Positions 21,310 to 34,131 are shown, numbered from the stretch's first letter. The stretch is 64,000 nucleotides of DNA from Selaginella moellendorffii (GCF_000143415.4 NW_003314319.1:586365-650364), one strand, 5' to 3'. Made by a program: numbers and translations. Notes: a model not told the origin generated them from the letters alone.

Positions 21310-23457
21310 ATGCGCTTGAGCTTGCGGAAGAAATGGCGGCTCTCTCCACAGAGGATGATGATCGCCGAGGCAGAGGCGCAAGATCATCATCAATCTCCAG
21401 CTCCTCCTCCTCCGGCGGCGACGCCTCTGGCCGATGCCTCCGTCTACGCATCGCTGCTGCGGCGATGCGGCGACGCCGGCGCCATCGCCGAGGGCCGCCG
21501 CGTCCACGCCCACATCGTCAAGCACGGCTTCGATCGCGATATCCTCGTCGCGAATTCGATCATCCAGATGTATGGGAGCTGCGGCTGCGTCGACGATGCC
21601 CGCGCGGTCTTCAAGAGCATCGATGCCGCCGCCGTCAGGAACGTCTACACCGACACGATCATGCTGGTGGCGCTCGCGCAGAACGGCCACCTCCAGGAAT
21701 CGCGGGCTCTCTTCGATTCCATGGTGGACAGGAGCTCCGTGTCGTGGAACGCGATGATCTCGGCCTACGCCCAGAGCGCCCAGTTCGAGGCGGCGCTCCA
21801 TCTCTTCCGGCTCATGAATCACGACGGATGCCTCCCCGATCGGAGCACATTCGTGAATGCGCTGGGCGCTTGCTGCGAGCTGACCGCGCTCCAGTTTGGC
21901 CGGATGATCCACGCCCAGATCGCCGAGAGTGGGCTGGAGCGCGAGTGCATGGTCGCCACCGCGCTCATCAATCTCCACGGAAAGTGTGGCAATCTGGAAG
22001 GTGCTAGAGCCGTGTTTGATCTCATGGAGGAGAGAACCATCATCTCCTGGACCGCGATGATCACGGCATACTCCCAGAACGGGCAAATCGTCTTGGCGCG
22101 CCAGTTCTTCGATCGGATGCCTCACTGGTGCGTGATCTCGGGAAACACTCTCATCTCCGCGTACTCCCGCGGGAGAAATCTCCGCGAGGTCCAGTCGGCG
22201 TTCGATCAGATGCCAGTCCACGACACCACATCGTGGAACCTGATGATCGCAGCATTTGCCGAGGCCGGGCATTCGCAGCACGCGTTCGATCTCTTCTTCG
22301 CGATGCCCGGCGGGCGCTGCGTCGTGTCGTGGACGACGATCCTCTCGTCGTGCTCGCAGAGCCGGCGCCTGGACGACGCGAGGGCGATCTTCGCCAGGAT
22401 GCCGCAGCACGACCCAATCTCCTGGAACGCGATGATCTCTGCGCTGGGACACAACGGCCGGATCCGCGAGGCCGAGGAGCTCTTCGCCTCGCTGGCCGTG
22501 AAGAGCGTCTCGTCGTGCAACGCGATGATCGTCGCGTATGCAGAGAGTGGGAATCTTGAAGATGCGAGGCGGATCTTTAACGGGATGATGGACAGGAGCC
22601 CGGCGACGTGGGGGAGCATGGTTCTAGCATATGCCCAGAGCGGGCATGTCCGCGAGGCACAGCGGCTCTTCCACAGTATGCCCGTAAAGGACATGGTGGC
22701 ATGGAACTCCCTCATGACGGCCTTCTCCCGGAGCGAGGACGAGGACGAGCGACGCGAGGCTTTGCGCGTCTTCGGTGCGATGGAGTCGCCGAGCTCCGGG
22801 CTGGTCCCCAACGAGCACAGCTACATGGCGGTGCTGGAGTCCTGCGGGAAGCTTGGAGCTCTCGCGGAGGGGCGCGAGATCCACGCCAGGATCGCCAAGC
22901 GCGGCTTTGATGCCTGCGATCTCGTAGCGGCGAGTTTGATCGAGATGTATGGGCGGTGCGGCAGCGTGGACGAGGCGGTCGCGGTGCTGGATCAGACGCG
23001 ATCGCTGGGGCGCTCGGTGTGGAGCGCGGCGATCTGCGCGCTGGGACAGAACGGGATCGGGGGTGCGGCGCTGGGGCTGCTCCAGAGGATGCAGCTCCAG
23101 GGGATCGAGGTGGACGCCAGTAGCACTTTCGTGAGCTTGCTGGCAGCGTGCAGCCATGGAGGGATGCTGCGCGAGGGAGTGGAGCTGTTTCGATCCATGG
23201 TGGGCGATTTTGGAGTGGAGCCCGTGTTGGAGCATTTCTTGTGCCTGGTGGATCTGCTGGGGCGGGCGGGGCAATTGGATCGAGCGCTGGAGCTGGTGAC
23301 GAGCATGCCATACCAGGCGGATGCTGTGGCTTGGGTCAGCTTGCTCAGTGCTTGCAGTGTCCATGCTGATAAGGCGAGAGGGGCGCTTGCTACTTCGAGC
23401 TTGCTGGAGATCGACAGAAGCGATGCCGCTAGTTACTGTCAGTTCGTTTTCTTGTAA
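21310..23457 (+). CDS. PLS-class PPR protein with E-type C-terminus, no DYW (start could be 21355)
   Basis: YASLLRRCG..EGRRVHAHI, repeated SWNAMI motifs, HFLCLVDLLGRAGQL..MPYQADAVAWVSLLSAC. Confidence 0.92.
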   Translation: MRLSLRKKWRLSPQRMMIAEAEAQDHHQSPAPPPPAATPLADASVYASLLRRCGDAGAIAEGRRVHAHIVKHGFDRDILVANSIIQMYGSCGCVDDARAVFKSIDAAAVRNVYTDTIMLVALAQNGHLQESRALFDSMVDRSSVSWNAMISAYAQSAQFEAALHLFRLMNHDGCLPDRSTFVNALGACCELTALQFGRMIHAQIAESGLERECMVATALINLHGKCGNLEGARAVFDLMEERTIISWTAMITAYSQNGQIVLARQFFDRMPHWCVISGNTLISAYSRGRNLREVQSAFDQMPVHDTTSWNLMIAAFAEAGHSQHAFDLFFAMPGGRCVVSWTTILSSCSQSRRLDDARAIFARMPQHDPISWNAMISALGHNGRIREAEELFASLAVKSVSSCNAMIVAYAESGNLEDARRIFNGMMDRSPATWGSMVLAYAQSGHVREAQRLFHSMPVKDMVAWNSLMTAFSRSEDEDERREALRVFGAMESPSSGLVPNEHSYMAVLESCGKLGALAEGREIHARIAKRGFDACDLVAASLIEMYGRCGSVDEAVAVLDQTRSLGRSVWSAAICALGQNGIGGAALGLLQRMQLQGIEVDASSTFVSLLAACSHGGMLREGVELFRSMVGDFGVEPVLEHFLCLVDLLGRAGQLDRALELVTSMPYQADAVAWVSLLSACSVHADKARGALATSSLLEIDRSDAASYCQFVFL

Positions 23458-23559
23458 CTTCCCATTCTTCATTAGTATATAAACATATCCAGCATTTGTT
23501 ATATATATACATATAAAAACAAACTATCGTATAGTAAAAATAATAATATTATACTGAAA

Positions 23560-26500
23560 AAATTATTAGTATGGCAATGGAGATGAAAAAGGTGGTAGGG
23601 TCGAAGTTGTTAATGAAAAAAGTGCTGGGAAAGTGGAGGCCATGGGGAAGGGTGGTGTATTTGAGAAGGTTAATGAAACAGGAGCCGACATGGATAAAGT
23701 ATCAGGTGTTGTAGCAAAAAGTAGAGGGCTAGTGTGAGAGAAACGAAGGTGGCATATATGAAATTGAGGGCAGTGTGAGAGAATGTAAAGCAGAAGTGTT
23801 TGTAGGCATGAAAACTGTTGTCAATGGAGGAGTAGGTGTATGAGTTGTGACCACAGAGGTACATGCAAGCGTAGACATGGTAAGGGTGAGTTTGTTGTAG
23901 CCACAGCCATAGGGGATGTAGAAGCTATCACGGGTGGCACAACGGATCACGTAGGCTGCGTAGTTTCTATTGGGGCAGTTGCCGGAGGCAGAGTGGACCG
24001 CTTATCTGTGACTGTTGCTACAGTGGACCATGTACCCGTTGACAATGGTGCCTAGACAGGTCGTGAAGCCAAGTGTTGTTCCTCTGTAAGTGCCAGAATT
24101 CAGGAGAAGCTGGTGGAGACTGGGTCATGAGTGCATATACTGGCTGGTAGAGTGCGTGGTAATGGTGTTGGAGCTGGTGCAGAGCAGGACGTTGGTGAGA
24201 GTGCAAATCCTTCATAGGGGCTGATCCATGAATGGAATTGTGTGGTGGGGGATTTGGTGATTGACAAGATGATGAAGCGATGTGAGAAAGTGATGGAGGA
24301 GCATTTGTCATAAGAGGAAGAGAACACTTGTCATGCATTATACCAGAAGTTGCGGCCATGTCTTCAATCTTAATCGTTCCTGGACAGATGAAGTATGAGT
24401 AAATGTCCCAAGTCTTTAATTCGGTTTTGGAGTCGGTCTTAGCTCAATCTTGGCCTCGATCTCATCCAATAAATTTTTTATCATTCTTATTGTGGTTGTA
24501 GGGATTTTTTAGCCTACAACACCTCAAGAAATGCTTTATATATTTTCTGGCTTTTGATAAAAACAATGGCAATGATTAGTATGATGGTATATATATTCAC
24601 AACACATTGCTATATCACGCATCCAAAAGATTACCATGAAATATTTTTTGAGATGGTAAAGACAGAAATAGAGATACACGAGTATTATGGGCAATATTGT
24701 GAAAAGAACACTCACAAAGTACATAAAATAAAAAGTGAAATAAAAAAAAGTTTTTTATTAATTATATAAAGTATAATAAGTTTATATTATTGATTGAGAA
24801 TAAACATCAATAGTCTTAAAAAATCTAGTTAACTCCAAAAGTCTTTTGCAACTCAACAATAGTAAAGCTTGTTTGGTGTATTTGAATATCTACTTTAAGA
24901 TTATGATGCAAAATGTTAATGAAGATATAATATATATATTTGCAAGGAGCATATGCCTTCCTATATTCCTTGCGCTTCATAAAGTCTGAATATGTGCAAA
25001 AAGGAAGGTTTTGAATAATGATTGTATATTCTTCACCTTATGTTTTAACCATATACTCCTTTATAAGTGTAGTGATATACTTTGTGAAGAGAATCTCATA
25101 CTCAAGCATTTGAGCCAAGTTTATTTTACTTTATTTATTTAGAAATGTTATCAATAAATTTAAATATCTTACTTTTTCTTATTAGCTTCTTATGCATGTC
25201 TGTGGGAACAATCCCAATTTTGTCACTCATATCTTTAACTCTCATCTCACTATTGAAACTAAATTTCTCAAGGTTTTCAATCTTATTTGAGGTGAGCGGG
25301 GCCTTATTAACAATTGGCCATTCTTTAGGTACTGCATTAAGTTTAATCACTATAGTGTTTTCAAGCTAATTTATATGGTTGGCATCAGTGTTGCTGCAAT
25401 ATAGCCAACAACATCTTGAAAATCCTATTTGTTTTAGTTTTTCAAAAATATAGGACTAGAATAGAAGCAAATTTATCACTATAGATCCAAGTTTAACGTT
25501 TGCCCTTTGGAAGCATCCTCACACACTTTACATTAGATTTGTTGGCATGCGGCGGATTGCCCATTACTTTAGTTCCACACTATATTAAGTGATTGCAATT
25601 TATTATGATACACTTTTTTCATCAACCACTTGAATTGGCTCAATTCAAAGGTAGTGTCTTTGGAGTATAATAATACTCAACATTAGGTTTGTGAGAGTTT
25701 TCGCTCTAACATCCATGCCAACATCGTCACCAGCAAAGGAGAAAAGATGCTTTGAGTAGACAGTCTTCATGTCACCAATAGAAGTCCAAAGAATGTACTC
25801 CATAGATGTGCTACAGATAACTTTCTCCACTACAGTTGCTACTATTCGTGCTAGTGGAGTTATTTTTTTTTCATCCTATGTGTAACATCTCAACTAAAGG
25901 TTTTATTCCTATATATTTTTCTTCCTTAAATGCCAAGACTTTTGAAAACTACTTTATAGCGCGTATTAAATTTGATAGACATGCTTTATATAAACTCATC
26001 TTTCCCTTCCTTGCCTTAGAGGAATGTTAGCTTCAATGCTTATTCTTTAAGAGATTCACAAATGGGGTGTATACAAGATCCTTAAGTGGTTAGTCATAAT
26101 GGAAAAAGATGATAATAAAAGGCAAAAAATAGAGAAGAAAAAAGAAAAATTAACTTGAAGAGAGTAATATCGCCATTGGAATATTCTAACTTCCCACCAC
26201 CTCAACCATGCCTCATGTTGTGGTAAACAACTTATGTCCATATGGCCATCTTCACACCACTATATTTGGATTTTATTTATTTTTTCCTTATGCTCTTTTT
26301 TAGAATATGCAACTTCCCATTATTTACACTCTTTGCCATTATTAACTCTTTAAATGCTAATGGAAAATTTAATTTGATAAGGTGATAGTACTGGTTTAGG
26401 CTTTGAGCCTAATGGAATTCACAAGTCCTTTCACAACTTTCTAGGGGTTGATTATTCCCAAAAATTGCTTGAATGTCATTTCAATTAGCTTTAGCCCCAT

Positions 26501-29500
26501 TTGCTATGAAACCATGAGAGTTGGCATGTTTACCAATTTACTTCAATACAATGTTAGAGAAGTACTTCCAAAATATTTCTTAGACTATCTAGTCTTGTAC
26601 TTTAAACTCTACTACTGCAATTGTCAAGTTAGAATGTAGCCTATGAAAAGGGTAATGCTTAAAACCATTTTAAGATAGTGAGAGAAAATAATTACCTCGG
26701 ATCATACATATGCACTCCTATAGTTCAACTTAATACCTGCTCTATATAGTCAAAATGTACGCATGCATTAATAATGTCACTTGATGCAAACACATCCATT
26801 TAGGAGATAAAATCTACACCATAGGTGGGGCCTATGGTAGATATTTTAAAGATGAAAGGGCACTTCTACTCACTAACGACTTGATCTAGAAATAAACTCT
26901 TATGGATAAACTTGTAAAGACAAGTCCATTTTAATTCAAGGATAGAGTCGATTTTTTACTGTAGTTTCCCCTCTTGAGATTCATACATCTAAGATTTTAT
27001 CCTAAATAAAACAAAATGTAAAAGAGATAATATTGAAAGTATGTATTATTATTTTCTTACCTTTTGAGGCTAGTTGTAAGTTACACACATTGTAGTAGCT
27101 CCCACAAGCTAACCTTATCTAGTTGAGTCTTTTTGCAGCCCGGATTGAGTAAAGTGCTTGTAATAAAATCCTTTAGCATTGTCTTTTGACTATGCTTTGG
27201 AATTGTAAATGAATTTCTTATAATTTCTTTTTGCACTATATCTCTTAAACGTTAATTAAACTTCTTTCTATCCTTTCCTACATTATATATATGTGTGTGC
27301 CAATATGTATTATAGTTCTACCAACCTCTCCATCTCATGAAAAAAAGTAATATATTTTGGCCCTGTAAATGGCATGACACAATGGAGTATTCTTGTAAAA
27401 TTGGCACTTGAATCCAACACTAATGAAATGATTGATTGTATATCCTTAAAAAAATATGGAATTTTTACCATACTCTTGATTGCATGCTTCATTCACACAA
27501 TCTAAATTCCCACTATAATGAACCATAGATATTATGCTTTTGAAATGTTGGAAGTTTGCAATCTTAATCTTGCATTAGTTGTGCATGTTTTATTTGGTCT
27601 CTATCCCCTTTTGTTTTGAGCTAACAAGAGGTGGTAATTCAAAAAAGATATTGCTATTTGTATGTGGATAGGAGTTTGCTCATTGGCCTATGCAAAAACG
27701 AGTGCATGTCAATAAAGAGGCAGAAAAATTAAAAAGTATTGTAAATAACTTTGAATATCGGTGAAGTCGGAGTTGGTAATTTTTTGGCTAGCATTAAACT
27801 GGCATCTCTATTGAAAATAGAAGAAGAGGAAATAATGATGACTGACTTTTATTTCACATTTGCTTTATCATGATTATAGTTTTGTATTTTGATTGGAGAT
27901 CCAAAACTCAAATTTCCTTAAACTTAGAATTTTACAAATCCCAATGTTGTCCACCTTTACCCACACTTGACAGAAGAAACTTGAATCATTCAACTACACT
28001 AATGTTGTTGTGAATCAGAGCCTCCAATGAAATAGAACCGAGAGAAAAATTAAAATGTTAGCAAAGAAAACTTTCTAAAACAAAACTTTGGGAGAAAGCT
28101 CTTGGTAATGCAAAAGAAAGCTCTCTATTTTATTCCCTTTAGGTTTTTGGAGTTTGAACTTTTATGATAAGGTCTATTAGAAGTATAAAAAGACTATCTT
28201 CATTAAAAAATTATATTATCTTCCAATCTTTACACTAGATTCAAAAACATGCTCAAAGTTATCATGCAAAGTATTTAGAGTTAGAACAAAAAGGAAAGTC
28301 ACCTCAAACATATACTTTTACTAATATGTCATTATGTGAAAAGTAAAGGTGATTTTATTCTAGGATCTACCATTGATTAACATTATTATAATAATGTCTA
28401 TATGAAGTATAGAGGACTATTGTGTACAATATTAAAAGTCTGTATACATCAAATTCATGTTTTAACATCTATAATCTTTATAAATTGAACAACCTTAGGA
28501 CAAACATAGATATATTCCTTGTTTCGATCTTCAAGCCAAAAATGCCCTCTTAGTTTCATTGGAAATTGAGAGAGTTTGGGATGATATTTGGAAAATGGAA
28601 TTTAATAACATGCTTATGAGCTATTTTTGAAACTCAATAATTTGTAACAAAAATTTCTACATTGTTAATGGGAATCATCATTGGTGTGCATGGATGAAGT
28701 GCATCAATCACTTCTGAGACGAAGTGCTTTCAAGATGATCCTGATATCACATCCACTAGATTCTAGGGAATATCCTTCAAAAATCTAGTAGGAATATTCT
28801 ATTTCATGCACAGAATATGTGTTTTCACCCGAATATATGTTTTCATGCAGAGAATACCCAATTTTACATGTAGAATATTTTACCAGGACTAATAAGGTAA
28901 TGCCATATGCAGTATCTTTTTCATGGAGCATCAGTTTACAAATAGTACCCCATAACTTGCCCATTTTAGGCAGTGATGGAGGCCTTTAACCTATTCTCTA
29001 ACGGCTTGACTGTTAAGTTGATTCAATCGTTGGGGAGCTATGGGATTGAGGTTTATTATTTGCTAGAATATTATTCCAGTCACTATCATCTTATGTGGCC
29101 TGTAAATATGTTCTACTACCCACCCAGCAGTTGGTAGTTATGTTCTCAAGAACATGTACTACTTATCAAAACTTTATACATTTAGCATATTTAATTTGAC
29201 TGACTTAAATCTGGGTGCCATGTGTATTGCTCAAGAGGCTTGCCACATGCCCATTAAGGCACAGGCACGGGCACGGGCTCGTACATTCCCGCTGGAACGC
29301 ACTCGGTGGGCTAATGGGCGGGAATGGGCTCGCCCTACCTGTGAACCAATCTTCAAGTTTGATGGAGCATTGTGCTGACCTTGTTGATGTAGGAGCTGCA
29401 TGATTTCATAAGCAGATTGTCAAGAACAAGGACAATTAACTCAAGATAGTTGTAAGCATTGCTATTTCGATATGGTGGAACGCAAAGCTGCAACTGCGCC

Positions 29501-29660
29501 AAAGGCCACAGACTGCTTAGGGTTATTTCAGAGGCAAGTGGACAAATTCAAAAAGGTATTAGTCCTTGGGTTCTTCTTGATAGGAATCTGCATGGAGAAA
29601 CTGGGAAGCTGCTGAACAGAAGGTTGCATCAATGAGTGTGTATACAAATGAGTGTGTATG
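23560..29660. mobile_element. AT-rich island of degenerate TE relics (gag-like remnant on the minus strand ~25800-26250)
   Basis: Stop-riddled ORF remnants; 25800-26140 is homologous (inverted) to 51800-52140; nearby EAWLRWWE is gag-like. Confidence 0.45.
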
Positions 29661-29669
29661 CAAACGAGG

Positions 29670-29955
29670 GTGCTCCAGAGGATGAAGCTCCAGCGGATCG
29701 GGGTGTGGAAGGTTTGGAGGGATGTTGTGCAAGGTTTCGATCCATGGTGTGCGATTTTGGAATGGAGCCCTTGCTGGTGCATTTCTTGTGCCTGGTGGAT
29801 CTGCTGAGGCGGGCGGGGCAATTGGATCGAGCGCAGGAGCTGGTGACGAGCATGCCATAGGCCGTGGCGTTGGTCAGCTTGCTCAGTGCTTGCAGTGTGC
29901 ATGCTGAGGGCGCTAGGCTACCTTGAGCTTGCTGGAGAACGACAGCAGCGATGCT
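29670..29955 (+). pseudogene. Degenerate copy of the 3' end of the PPR gene at 21310-23457
   Basis: FRSMVCDFGMEPLLVHFLCLVDLLRRAGQLDRAQELVTSMP* matches ~23080-23430 with deletions. Confidence 0.9.
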
Positions 29956-30962
29956 GTTTGTGTTATGATTTGGTTAACCCTGTTACTCATTTCTTAACCA
30001 AATAATTATGAAAACTTGTAAGAATTGAAAACTTGTATGCAAGTTTACTCAAAATATTGAATTATATAAGTGAAAGGACGCCGTCGTTGGGTTCTCGTGC
30101 TTCTGCAAAATGATTATATTTAAAAATATGTAAGACAGGATATTTAAAAAAAGTTAAAAGCTCATTGATAATTATTTTCATCCATTCATTGAAAATTTGA
30201 ATCATATCAGGTGGTTCATAAGTGAAAGGATGTCTCCCAAGTCACAGTTTTTCGTGAACATGATTGATCTACAAACGAATGCTCAAATTTTCTTTCGTCC
30301 GGCCCGCCCGGCCCAGCTTTGTTTGCGCGTGACGTTTTAGATAAATTCGAACAACCTTCTGAATTCAACAATTCAGAGTGGGGTGAAAAAAAAGAGGTGG
30401 CGGGCGGACGAGATTATGATACGTGTGTAACGTATTCTTGTGAATCATAGCGTGGAAAGTAAAAGGATTGAATTATCAGGGCCCCATTGTTATGCCTAAC
30501 ACTTGGCCAATGTTCAATCGATCTGGGCAGTCGTGTGAGTTTGCCCAACCTCCTCCACAACACGTAAGTTTCCTTCGAGTCTATCCAAATCCTTGAAAAG
30601 GTGACGCAAGTATGCATTGAAAACTCTTGGGTGGGGCTGTCGATTGGCCCCCGAGAACTTGGGCGATTGATCGAAGAGAAGAGGAGAGTTTCTCGTCTCT
30701 CTTTTCTGGCAATCACAAGTTGACAACACCTTCCGGATTTTTCGATTCCATTCGCAAAGCAAACAAAACAAGATATACATGGATTGCAAGAGAAAAAGTT
30801 CATACGGAAAGATCAGGGCACAAATTGGGACCGCTTTCATGTTTATGGCGCACACGTACGTTCCGTGACCAAAATTTTGACCGTTTGGGCCATACAGGAA
30901 AACGCCAAGCGATCTTAAAACACCACCCCCCTCCACAGCGGAGGAGACCCCACTCACACCCC

Positions 30963-31130
30963 GCCACGTGTCGGGTGAGATCTCTGTTGCTAGGGCCTCC
31001 GCCAAAGTTCTCATCCGGAATGGGGACCGCGCGGAGCGGCCACGTGTGCCGCGCGGGGCCGGACGATTGGGATTTGAAACTTCGAGCTGGCCACCGACAC
31101 GATTCCGGGCCGGAATGCTCGCCACGTCAC
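30963..31130. promoter_or_regulatory. Cluster of ABRE/G-box elements plus a DRE core
   Basis: GCCACGTGTC 30963-30972, GCCACGTGTG 31039-31048, ACCGAC 31093-31098, GCCACGTCAC 31121-31130. Confidence 0.5.
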
Positions 31131-31552
31131 TAGAAATTCGGGGGGAAAGCCCGTTGGTGTTTCCTCTCCCCTCTTGTGTGTGCGTGTGTATTTTTTTTTA
31201 TGGTCCAATTTCTTGGCTTGGATCTTGTCATTCCGTCCCGAGCTTGGCGGGCACCAATTGCGCCATCTGTCGGTGATTGCTACGCGCAGAGCTAGCGATC
31301 GATCGATGGGTTCCTTTTATTAGATAGGTAGCGTCTCTTCCCTTGCGCTCAAGGAAGATTCTATCTTTCGCTTTGGATTTTGGATTCTCGGTCGGCGCCA
31401 AGAAGTTTGTGGCATTTTCTCCACGGGATCGTCGATCGCAGCTATCTTTCCGCGGTTAGATTCTTGTTCCTCGGCTTTTCTCGCCCAGGATCTCGGCGAA
31501 TTGGCAAGGGCACCGCCAGGGTTTCTTTCTCTCTTCCTCTCTGTTCTTCCCG

Positions 31553-32881
31553 ATGGCCAGCGGATTGAAAGCGGCAGCGACGAATCCAGGTGGTGGCGGC
31601 GGCGGCGGTGGCGATTTCGCGTCGAGCTTCTCGCGCAGCAAATGCCTCCGCGAGCGCGGCAACACTCTCTACCACGAGGCGATGGCGCAGACATCGCTGC
31701 CCGGGATTCGCAGCTCTAGGCTCCAGGACGCCATCCAATTGTACTGCCAGGCCCTCTCTCTCAGCCCGAGCGACAGCGATCGCGCGATGTGTTGCAAGAA
31801 CCTAGGGCAGGCCTTTTGGGCGCGATCCAAGCACAGATTGGCGATGGTGGAGGAGAAGAATCCCCGGCAGCAGCAGCAGCAAGAGGCTTTCTTGGAATCC
31901 CTGTGCTTCGATCTTCTCAGCAGCGTCAGCTACTTCCTCGAGGCCTTGAATTTCAGCCGCCCTCCAGCCCAGCCCAAGGAATGGGTCCAGGGGATCCACT
32001 GGACGCTGGTGGATGTGGCGTGGACAGTGGATGATATCCGCGAGAGCTCGCCCATGGGCGGGCGATACAAGGGGCGATTCCTCGCGGAGCTCTGCGCGGT
32101 GTTCCAGCAAAAGGTCCCGACCAACGTCAAGCTCCAGGCCAGCGCCATCGTCCATAAGTCCTGCGCCCAGCACGGCCTCAAGAACGCCATGGCCCTCGAC
32201 GCGCGATTCGCCCGCGTGCCGGTGCTGCGCGACTGCCTCTTCCACCTCTCGATCGCGCAGGCACACACGGATCCCTCTGCCGCGGCGTTTCTCGCCGAGA
32301 TCGCCGCCCTCCGCGCCTCGATCGTCAAGCAAATCGATGCCTGCGAGGAGCTCCGGAGGAATTCACCGAGCTCGTCGCCCAAAACCGGCGAATTCCGGCA
32401 CGAGGGCGCCGCCGCGAGCCGGCCCAATCCGGCGGAGCTGCGAAGGAATCAGAGCTACTCCGAGGAGCGATCGCAGTCGGCGCAGAGCAGGATTGGTGGG
32501 AATTTGAATCCGCCACGCGGGTGTAGTAGCTTCCGGAGCTCGCCCCCCAAGAACAGAGGCGGTGGACGCCAGCCGTCGGATCTTGCGGCGCGATCAGGGC
32601 CGTCGGATGTGGAGCGCCTGTTTAACAGCCTCCCGCCTCTCGACTTCCTGCGCTGCCTGTACGACAGGTACCCGCCCAGCCGGAGGAGGGGGGAATCTCT
32701 CTCGAATCTCGGGGATATTCGCGACGTTGGTGAGCTCAAGAGCGCGTATAGGCGGGCAATCTCGCATTACCACCCGGACCACTGTGGCTCTTGCCCTAAC
32801 ACCGCCAAGCACGCGGACGAGATCACCAAGTACCTCATCATAAACTTCAATGCGCTCAAGGATCTCTACTACGTGGGCTAG
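31553..32881 (+). CDS. Intronless protein with N-terminal TPR-like repeats and C-terminal J-domain-like region (HPD)
   Basis: RERGNTLYHEA..AIQLYCQAL..RAMCCKNLGQAFW; ELKSAYRRAISHYHPDHC..DEITKYL; 442-aa ORF with GC-rich codon usage. Confidence 0.8.
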   Translation: MASGLKAAATNPGGGGGGGGDFASSFSRSKCLRERGNTLYHEAMAQTSLPGIRSSRLQDAIQLYCQALSLSPSDSDRAMCCKNLGQAFWARSKHRLAMVEEKNPRQQQQQEAFLESLCFDLLSSVSYFLEALNFSRPPAQPKEWVQGIHWTLVDVAWTVDDIRESSPMGGRYKGRFLAELCAVFQQKVPTNVKLQASAIVHKSCAQHGLKNAMALDARFARVPVLRDCLFHLSIAQAHTDPSAAAFLAEIAALRASIVKQIDACEELRRNSPSSSPKTGEFRHEGAAASRPNPAELRRNQSYSEERSQSAQSRIGGNLNPPRGCSSFRSSPPKNRGGGRQPSDLAARSGPSDVERLFNSLPPLDFLRCLYDRYPPSRRRGESLSNLGDIRDVGELKSAYRRAISHYHPDHCGSCPNTAKHADEITKYLIINFNALKDLYYVG

Positions 32882-33360
32882 CAACACAAGGTATCGGAAG
32901 GTATCGGTTTTGGGAATCTTTTGTGAGATAGAAGGCGGGAAACAAAGAACACGCACAGTTTCTCCAAATTAATCTATACTTAATTATGAGGAGTGGGGGC
33001 ATTAACCGTTTCTAATGGAGCGATCATGCTTTCCAACTGAATTGGACCGTTCGTGTCTCTAGCACACAGTAACCATATGAAAATCGAATCCACTATTCCT
33101 GGCGGGGGTAAGAAACTTGCGCGGGTAGATTGATTTTGTAAATGAAATGATCAAAGATCCAAATTGTAAATAGATCCAACACTGTTTGAAAGAAAAGGGA
33201 TCAAAGGGCTGTCTATAAAATACAAACTAGAACGATGTCAAAAAAGAAATCTTTTTGCAATGCTCACATTGGCTATGTAGAAGATGTAGGCGTTGATGGC
33301 CTACACCGCTAAGATCTCTCCCAATGCTTGTGGTTCTTTCTCTCCTCGTCTCTCGATGGC

Positions 33361-34131
33361 TCAGTACCTTCGCCTTGCAGGACTTCGGGACCTGTGGCTT
33401 CGAGGAGAAGACCTGAGACGAGAATTCAGTAAGAAGAAAAGAGGAGTTGTACGCCCAAGAGTACCTTTTCCTGGAGCGATTGCTTCGAGAGGACTGATGC
33501 GAGGAAGGCCCGGATTTGAAAGCCCAGTCGACGCTAATGGTTTGTGTCAGCAGCTCGGCTCCGTTGAAGTTGCTAATGGCTGCCTGGGCCTCTTCCTTGT
33601 GCTCATACTCGATGAGAGCATAGCCCTGGAACAAGGAGCTCAGAACCTGGAACTCTGGAAGAAAAAAATCGTACCTTGACAAAACCAGTCCTTCGATCCA
33701 AGTTAAGGTTGAGATTCTTGATCACTCCAGCGTCGGCGAACATCTCGTGCACATCGTCTTCCTGGGCTTCTTCGTGGACGCCAGTCACCAGAATGATCCA
33801 GCCCTCGATAGCTGCGTTTCAATCCAAGTAAACGATGGGAAAGAAAGGATGAAAAAGAAAGATGAAGCGAGAGCTAGGGCTTACACTTCTGGGCGCCGTC
33901 CTTGTCGTCCGAGACAATGGTATCGAAATCCCGGGCAAACCTGTTGGAGCGATCACTGCTACCTTCGTCGCGAAACCCCCGCCCCTTGGTGTGCTTGGGC
34001 GCGCCCCCAATAATCGTAGATCTCACCCTGGGCTGCGGCGCTGGCTCCACGTCTTCCATCGCCACATCCTCGTCGAGGAGATCGTCCTCCTCCGGCTCGA
34101 AATCCACAGCATCCATGTCCGCCGTCGCCAT
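33361..34131 (-). CDS. Y14: Exon junction complex subunit Y14/RBM8
   Basis: [57 protein letters not shown]-rich tail ending RRRY*. Confidence 0.96.

Noticed and set aside
21291-23472. Long alternative-frame and antisense ORFs over the PPR gene (likewise over 31553-32881)
   Set aside because: Shadow ORFs expected from GC-rich coding DNA
26812-26842. Small hairpin ACCATAGG-tgggg-CCTATGGT as a possible Helitron end
   Set aside because: No CTRR terminus at the expected distance
27968-27978. TTGACAGAAGA, the 5' half of miR156/157
   Set aside because: The 3' half does not match and no star arm was seen
30514-31125. 203-aa minus-strand ORF
   Set aside because: Non-ATG start, no domain, runs through promoter-like and T-rich sequence
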